A stretch of DNA of 64,000 bases from Lachnospiraceae bacterium. GTDB taxonomy: Bacteria; Bacteroidota; Bacteroidia; Bacteroidales; UBA932. The notes beneath the pieces are model-generated. The model had not been told where the DNA came from. It did no database searches and worked only from the letters and a program-made list of their open reading frames with translations. Positions 58,625 through 64,000 of this stretch are shown one piece after another. Made by a program: the position numbers and the translations under genes. The DNA lies in assembly GCA_963654805.1 (NCBI GenBank), contig CAVKBL010000009.1, forward strand, positions 868 through 64,867, read 5' to 3'. Position 1 is the stretch's first letter. Each line of letters opens with the position of its first letter.

Positions 58625-59183
58625 AGTCCAACGCCTGATAGCGGTGCGAAAAAGTGTTTTTCACATCTTCTCCCACCTCGGCGAGAGTTTTTGAAGGAAA
58701 CGCGTCCGGAATGAAGACCGGATCATAGCCGAAACCTTCCGTTCCTTTTCGCTCAAGAGCGATACGCCCTTCCATGCATCCGGTAAATACCTGCGTACAT
58801 CCCGGCGAAATGAGAGTCACCACACATTTGAACCTGGCCGTGCGCCGCTCCATAGGAACGCCGCTTAGTTCATAAAGAAGTTTATTGATATTATCCTCAA
58901 AGCTGCAGTCCGGGCCTGCATAACGCGCCGTATATACTCCCGGAGCACCGCCCAACGCATCTACTTCCAATCCGGAATCATCTGCAAAACAAACCGCCCC
59001 GCCAGCCCTTTCATAGATATACTCCGCCTTCAAAAGACTGTTTCCTTCCAGCGTAGAGGCAGTTTCCTCAGCTTCAGAGGCTATCCCTATGTCGAAAGGC
59101 GAAATCAATTCATAGCCGGGACCCAGAATCTGGGACGCCTCTCTTAATTTGCCTTTATTATGAGTCGCGAAAACCAGTCTCAT
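58596..59183 (-). CDS. rdgB: Non-canonical purine NTP pyrophosphatase
   Basis: ATHNKGK, ADDSGL, APGVYTARYAG, FGYDPVF, SHR. Confidence 0.93.
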   Translation of the reverse strand: MRLVFATHNKGKLREASQILGPGYELISPFDIGIASEAEETASTLEGNSLLKAEYIYERAGGAVCFADDSGLEVDALGGAPGVYTARYAGPDCSFEDNINKLLYELSGVPMERRTARFKCVVTLISPGCTQVFTGCMEGRIALERKGTEGFGYDPVFIPDAFPSKTLAEVGEDVKNTFSHRYQALDSMRRVLAEL

Positions 59184-60673
59184 AGAACAGGGTCTTTACT
59201 TAAAGCCTCGCGAAGTTCGTCATCGTAACGAAGACGCAACCTTACGCCCTCCTGTTGATAATAATAACGCGTCACTATCTCCTCCTCTATGAACGGAATA
59301 ATCTGAGTGCGGTCAAGCTTTTCCAGGTCCGATATGGCTTCCGGGGTGAGAGAAGGCTTCACATAAGCGACAAATCCATCATAATCATCAAAATGGAAAT
59401 TATCCACATCGGGGATGGACGGATGTTCTATCTTATACTGAAGAGCATACTGCCCCACCAGACCGCTGAGAACAAGGGAGGCCGTTATGTCATCATATTC
59501 CGGAACCGTGAGGGTTATATCCGGCGTGATACCGCCTCCGTCACGTACCGTGCGGCCCTTAAGCGTCTTGAATTCATGGGTAAGCGAATCAGGAATATCC
59601 CCCACACTTCCGTCTTCATTACGGTGGCTGTAATCCTTAATCTGCACACAACGTCCTGACGGAGTATAATATTTAGCCGTAGTAACCTTCAGCTGGCCTC
59701 CGTAAGGAAGGCTTTTCACACTCTGCACCAGACCCTTGCCGAAAGTTCTGGTGCCCATTATGGTGGCACGGTCCAGGTCCTGAAGCGCACCGCTCACTAT
59801 CTCGGCCGACGAAGCCGTACCCCCGTCCACGAGCACCACCACGGTGAGTTTCTCGTCAAGCGGAGCCTCCTGAGTTCTGTGCACATCCAATTCCTTACCG
59901 TCACGACCACGCGAGATGACCACGAGCGAATTCTTAGGCACGAAGATGGACACTATCTTAACCGCCTCAGAAAGAAGACCTCCTCCGTTGCCGCGAAGGT
60001 CGAGCACAAGCTTCTCCATCCCCTGACTTTTAAGTTCGGCGACCTTGCGGCGCATCTCATCGCCTACGCCCTCGGTAAAACCCGTCTGAAGAATATATCC
60101 GGTCTTGTCGGAAATCATGGCCGCGTACTCTATGTCCGGAAAGTGTATCTGCTCGCGGCGCACCTTAATCTTCAGTGTATCAGAAGTATAAACCTTCTTT
60201 ACCAAGAACTCGACTATAGTTCCCGGCTGTCCTTTCATCTTCTCCGAACAGGTCTTGGAATCAAGCGGGCGCACGTCTTCACCGTTAATCTCCAGTATCT
60301 CGTCGCCCGATTCCAGTCCGCTTTTCACACAAGGCGCGAACCAGTACGGCTCATTGATGACTACGTTCTTTCCCTCCTGCTTATAGATTATGGCTCCCAC
60401 TCCGGCATACATTCCGCTGAGCTGCATCGAAAAATCCTCCAGTTCCTCCTCAGGCACATAGACCGTATAAGGGTCCAACTGGGCAAGCATAGCCTTAATC
60501 CCCGCCTTCTCCATTCTGTCAAGCGGAAGCGTGTCCACATAAGATCTGTCCAGCTCCTTGAGGATGGCATTCTGTATCTCCACCCATTTGCCCATCTTAT
60601 AATTCTTCGACTGGGCCAATGCTCCCACTCCCACGAGGGCGCACATCAAAACTGCCAATATCTTCCTTCTCAT
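59180..60673 (-). CDS. S41 C-terminal processing peptidase
   Basis: LDPYT, PDZ domain, DLRGNGGG, ASSAEIV, TFGKGLVQ, YYTPSGR. Confidence 0.92.
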   Translation of the reverse strand: MRRKILAVLMCALVGVGALAQSKNYKMGKWVEIQNAILKELDRSYVDTLPLDRMEKAGIKAMLAQLDPYTVYVPEEELEDFSMQLSGMYAGVGAIIYKQEGKNVVINEPYWFAPCVKSGLESGDEILEINGEDVRPLDSKTCSEKMKGQPGTIVEFLVKKVYTSDTLKIKVRREQIHFPDIEYAAMISDKTGYILQTGFTEGVGDEMRRKVAELKSQGMEKLVLDLRGNGGGLLSEAVKIVSIFVPKNSLVVISRGRDGKELDVHRTQEAPLDEKLTVVVLVDGGTASSAEIVSGALQDLDRATIMGTRTFGKGLVQSVKSLPYGGQLKVTTAKYYTPSGRCVQIKDYSHRNEDGSVGDIPDSLTHEFKTLKGRTVRDGGGITPDITLTVPEYDDITASLVLSGLVGQYALQYKIEHPSIPDVDNFHFDDYDGFVAYVKPSLTPEAISDLEKLDRTQIIPFIEEEIVTRYYYQQEGVRLRLRYDDELREALSKDPVL

Positions 60674-61920
60674 ATATTTTCTTCCCATTTATAGATTTTA
60701 TCACCTCTTTTCAGTTTTCCGGGAGCGGGAACTGCCACGGAGCACCGTTCTCCCTTGCCTGTAAGTTGCGCTCCCTGGAAATTCACTCTCATATCCTCCA
60801 CTGTGAATTCTTCCACACCTGTGCTCTGCCCAATGGCCATAACTTTATCGCCAAGAGAAAGAGGTGCGCTTTCCACCAGAATCTCCGCCACGCCTATCTT
60901 GTCAAACCAATTGGTAACCTTTCCCACATAGACCTTTTTCAATTTGGCCTGACTGCCATATACCTCACTCCACTCTCCCAGATAAGCGCCCTGATAATAT
61001 CCGTCCCAAAATCCACGGTTAAACACTTCGGAGAGAGACTCCTTCAAGCCGGATGCCAATTCGGCGGTGTACCTGCCTTCGCACACGGCATCGGCGGCCT
61101 GACGGTAGCACTGCGCGCAACGCTTGACATACTCGGCGCTGCGGGCCCGGCCCTCTATCTTGAACACCTTCACCCCGGACTCTATGATCTTATCCATAAA
61201 CTCTATGGTACACAGATCCTTAGGAGACATTATATATTTGTTGTCTATGTTCAGTTTATTGCCCGTTTCTAGGTCCGTTACCTCATAGCCGCGACGGCAA
61301 ATCTGATAACAGGCGCCACGATTGGCCGAGGCCCCGTATGTGTGAAGGCTGAGATAGCATTTGCCGCTGATGGCCATGCATAAGGCTCCGTGAGCGAACA
61401 TCTCTATTCTTACAAGCTCTCCGGAAGGTCCCTTTATCTGCTCGCGACATATCGTGTCATAAATCTCTTTGACCTGTCCCAGATTAAGTTCTCTGGCCAG
61501 CACCACGACATCGGCCCACTGCGAATAGAACTTCAGCGCAGCGGCGTTGGATATGGAAAGCTGCGTAGAGATATGAACCTCCAGCCCCAATTCGCGACAC
61601 ATCAGTATGGCCGCCATATCGGAAGCTATCACGGCGCTCACCCCGGCCTTACGGGCCGCCTCAAGCGCAAGACGTGTATCTTCCATATCCTCGGGATAAA
61701 GGCATATGTTCAATGTCAAATAAGACTTTACACCCGCCTCACGGCATATCCGCACCACTTCATCCAAGTCCTGAGGAGCGAAATTATTAGCCGAATGACT
61801 GCGCATATTCAGTCTTCCGACTCCGAAATACACCGAATCGGCACCCCCTTGTATAGCGGCCCGCAGACATTCGAAATTGCCCGCCGGGGCCATTATCTCC
61901 AATTCCTTCTTATCCATCAT
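60670..61920 (-). CDS. U32-family protein (tRNA hydroxylation TrhP/PrtC-like)
   Basis: EIMAPAG, GADSVYFG, HISTQ, HGALCMAISGKC, KIEGR. Confidence 0.9.
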   Translation of the reverse strand: MMDKKELEIMAPAGNFECLRAAIQGGADSVYFGVGRLNMRSHSANNFAPQDLDEVVRICREAGVKSYLTLNICLYPEDMEDTRLALEAARKAGVSAVIASDMAAILMCRELGLEVHISTQLSISNAAALKFYSQWADVVVLARELNLGQVKEIYDTICREQIKGPSGELVRIEMFAHGALCMAISGKCYLSLHTYGASANRGACYQICRRGYEVTDLETGNKLNIDNKYIMSPKDLCTIEFMDKIIESGVKVFKIEGRARSAEYVKRCAQCYRQAADAVCEGRYTAELASGLKESLSEVFNRGFWDGYYQGAYLGEWSEVYGSQAKLKKVYVGKVTNWFDKIGVAEILVESAPLSLGDKVMAIGQSTGVEEFTVEDMRVNFQGAQLTGKGERCSVAVPAPGKLKRGDKIYKWEENI

Positions 61921-62864
61921 CTGACCCTTCCTACCAGGCTGTCCGCGAACTCTCTGAGCGACTCCGTGCTCTCCGGAGCAAAATGCGCATTCTCGAGTGC
62001 CAGGATAGCCCTGTCATTATAATACTTGATCTTTTCTATCGCGTCCTTATCCACGCCAAGTCTTTTATATTCAGCCTTCACTTTCTCGACATCACGCGAA
62101 CGGAACACCTGTACGAACGCAGACTTGTCTTCGCTCTTCTCGAAACCTCTTATCGTAAGCCAACTCTTCTTCTGCTGCAGGATATCTCCACCTATAGGCT
62201 TTCCGAACACTTTTTCATCACCGAAAGCATCCAGGTAATCGTCGCACACCTGAAAGGCCAGACCCAACTGATATCCATACTCATAAAGCGCATCGCAAAG
62301 ATCCTGCCCGGCGCCCGCTATGAGAGCACCCATTTTTGCCGAACAAGCGAGTAACACGGCTGTCTTCAGGCCAATCATAGCCTCGTACTCGTCCATAGAC
62401 ACATCCTCTCTCTGTTCGAAATCCATATCGTACTGCTGTCCCTCACATACCTGGGCCGCCGTGGTCGAGAAAAGTTCAAGGGTCTGCCGTTCACATTCAC
62501 GCGGAGCAGAAGCTATTCTCTTGTAAGCTTCTATCAGCATCACATCACCGCTGAGAATGGCCGTATCTTCACTCCATTTCTTCCACACGGTGGTTTTTCC
62601 GCGACGCAGAGACGAACGGTCCATTATGTCGTCGTGTATAAGCGTAAAAGTATGGAACACCTCAAGCGCCTCGGCCGGATATTTCACACTGTCGGGACAG
62701 TCGTCCTTGAAAAGCGAATATGCCAACAGGCAAAGCGTGGGACGTATCCTCTTTCCGCCTATCTCTATCATGTAGCGAAGCGGATCATACAGCCCCGAAG
62801 GCTCCGAAGGAAAATGAGTGGAAAAAAAAATCTGCTCCACCTGCTCTTTTACTTTGCTCAACAT
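61917..62864 (-). CDS. Polyprenyl diphosphate synthase
   Basis: GGKRIRP, LIHDDIMD, RRG, GQQYD, KTA, FQVCDDYLD. Confidence 0.93.
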   Translation of the reverse strand: MLSKVKEQVEQIFFSTHFPSEPSGLYDPLRYMIEIGGKRIRPTLCLLAYSLFKDDCPDSVKYPAEALEVFHTFTLIHDDIMDRSSLRRGKTTVWKKWSEDTAILSGDVMLIEAYKRIASAPRECERQTLELFSTTAAQVCEGQQYDMDFEQREDVSMDEYEAMIGLKTAVLLACSAKMGALIAGAGQDLCDALYEYGYQLGLAFQVCDDYLDAFGDEKVFGKPIGGDILQQKKSWLTIRGFEKSEDKSAFVQVFRSRDVEKVKAEYKRLGVDKDAIEKIKYYNDRAILALENAHFAPESTESLREFADSLVGRVR

Positions 62865-62867
62865 ATA

Positions 62868-63824
62868 TTATCTGAATTTATTGTCGTCTTCAAGCATTCC
62901 CAGATAAGAAGAATAGCGCGAAGCGGATATCCTTCCGTCTTCCACTGCCTGCTTCACCGCGCATCCGGGCTCATGAGTATGCGTACACGGCACGAAGCGG
63001 CATTGGTCCGCAAGCGAAAGCATCTCAGGGAAATATTTGCCAATCTCTTCTTTCTCAAGGCCATAAAGCCCGAACCCGCGAAGTCCCGGGGTATCTATCA
63101 TATAACCGCCGCTCTCCAGAGGATACATCTCATAAAGCGAAGTGGTGTGCCTTCCCTGCAGGTGCGAAAGGCTTATCTGCGCCACCTTAGGGTCAAGTGA
63201 AGGATCCAATGCCTTGATAAGGGAGGATTTGCCTACTCCCGACTCTCCGCTGATAAGATTGACCTGCGGCGCTCCCTGCTGTCCGCGACACTTTTCCCGT
63301 AACGCTTCTATTCCTTCTCCCGTCTTTACCGAAGTAAGCAGAACTTCATATCCGGCGGTGCGATAAGTCCGCACAAATTCTTCCACCTGATCCGGGGCCT
63401 CATCGCGGTAAAGATCCACTTTATTAAGAACTATGGTTACGGGTATCTTGAACATCTCGCAGCTGACGAGCTGTCTGTCCAAAAAAGGAAGCTTAATCTC
63501 CGGGAAATACAGCGTGCAGACCAGAAAGGCGCGGTCAATATTGGCAGCGATAACATGTGACTGGCGTGAAAGATTGGTAGAGCGGCGTATGAGATGATTA
63601 CGTCTGTCCAGAATCCTCACGATCTGCGCCGGCTGCTTTTCGCTTGGCTCTTCGCTCCATTCATATTCGACCCTGTCGCCTACCGCCACAGGATTGGTGG
63701 ACAAAGACTGATCCATACGGACCTTGCCGCGGAGCACGGCAGGAAAAGGCTGCCACTGCGGAAGACAAGTCAATAAAAAGTGACTTCCCGCATTCTTTAC
63801 TACTATGGCCTCTCCCTTTTGCAT
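62868..63824 (-). CDS. rsgA: Ribosome small subunit-dependent GTPase A
   Basis: AVGD, NKVDL, GESGVGKSS, GRHTT, DTPG, CRF..CTHTHEPGC; start at MQKGE. Confidence 0.94.
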   Translation of the reverse strand: MQKGEAIVVKNAGSHFLLTCLPQWQPFPAVLRGKVRMDQSLSTNPVAVGDRVEYEWSEEPSEKQPAQIVRILDRRNHLIRRSTNLSRQSHVIAANIDRAFLVCTLYFPEIKLPFLDRQLVSCEMFKIPVTIVLNKVDLYRDEAPDQVEEFVRTYRTAGYEVLLTSVKTGEGIEALREKCRGQQGAPQVNLISGESGVGKSSLIKALDPSLDPKVAQISLSHLQGRHTTSLYEMYPLESGGYMIDTPGLRGFGLYGLEKEEIGKYFPEMLSLADQCRFVPCTHTHEPGCAVKQAVEDGRISASRYSSYLGMLEDDNKFR

Positions 63825-63885
63825 ACCCGAATCCACAAAGATAACAAAAATGACTATCTTTGCGTGCGAAAAAGCAGATACAAGT

Positions 63886-64000
63886 ATGTTACAGAAGAAA
63901 AAACGCAAACCGGGAAGAAAAGTTTTCCCTTCATTCGTAGGAAAAGCACAGATGACGCGCGAGGGGTTCATCTTCGTAAGCGTGGAAGGGAATCCGGACG
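63886..64000 (+). CDS. rnr: Ribonuclease R, N-terminal fragment (runs off the window end)
   Basis: Read manually: MLQKKKRKPGRKVFPSFVGKAQMTREGFIFVSVEGNPD, resembling the RNase R cold-shock domain; TATCTTTG at 63855-63862. Confidence 0.55.
   Translation, partial: MLQKKKRKPGRKVFPSFVGKAQMTREGFIFVSVEGNPD

Noticed and set aside
62822..62830. A9 homopolymer in the polyprenyl synthase gene
   Set aside because: In frame (Ile-Phe-Phe codons) in a housekeeping gene; A/T runs are common and nothing suggests phase variation
63825..63971. Long N-terminal extension of rsgA in the ORF track
   Set aside because: It overlaps the divergent promoter and the probable rnr start; similarity to RsgA begins at MQKGE (63824)
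1..64000. tRNA, rRNA, IS elements, integrases or prophage genes
   Set aside because: None recognised; intergenic gaps are short and explained by promoters or terminators, though small ncRNAs cannot be excluded by eye

Overview
Bacteroidales-type chromosomal window, inferred from SusC/SusD pairs, TAnnTTTG promoters and many lipoproteins; probably a gut or rumen organism. Left to right: (1) a partial lipoprotein, a patatin, and two AAA/DUF4143 ATPases bracketed by a direct repeat of the nadD 3' end; (2) nadD, gmk, a cystatin-like lipoprotein and fba; (3) a ~21.5-kb polysaccharide utilisation locus (PUL, 7368-28930) with SusC/SusD, two GH20s (one fused to a ceramidase-like domain), a divergent MurQ, two sugar kinases, an MFS transporter, DeoR and GH109. 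The PUL also has three surface lipoproteins that, by my recognition of the sequences, resemble methanogen (Methanobacteriales) cell-wall proteins: pseudomurein-binding-repeat-like units, a transglutaminase-like Cys peptidase and a methanogen-type TIM-barrel glycoside hydrolase. This is the headline candidate: a bacterial PUL for foraging archaeal pseudomurein. (4) A TolC/HlyD/ABC-2 efflux operon with AraC; (5) a CAZyme-free SusC/SusD locus with a subtilase and many lipoproteins, lying between two copies of a 63-bp hairpin repeat; (6) housekeeping genes (GSCFA, cation:proton antiporter, DMT, recO, rdgB, S41, U32, polyprenyl synthase, rsgA, start of rnr). No rRNA, tRNA, CRISPR array, integrase or transposase was seen. 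All family calls come from motif recognition, not database searches.
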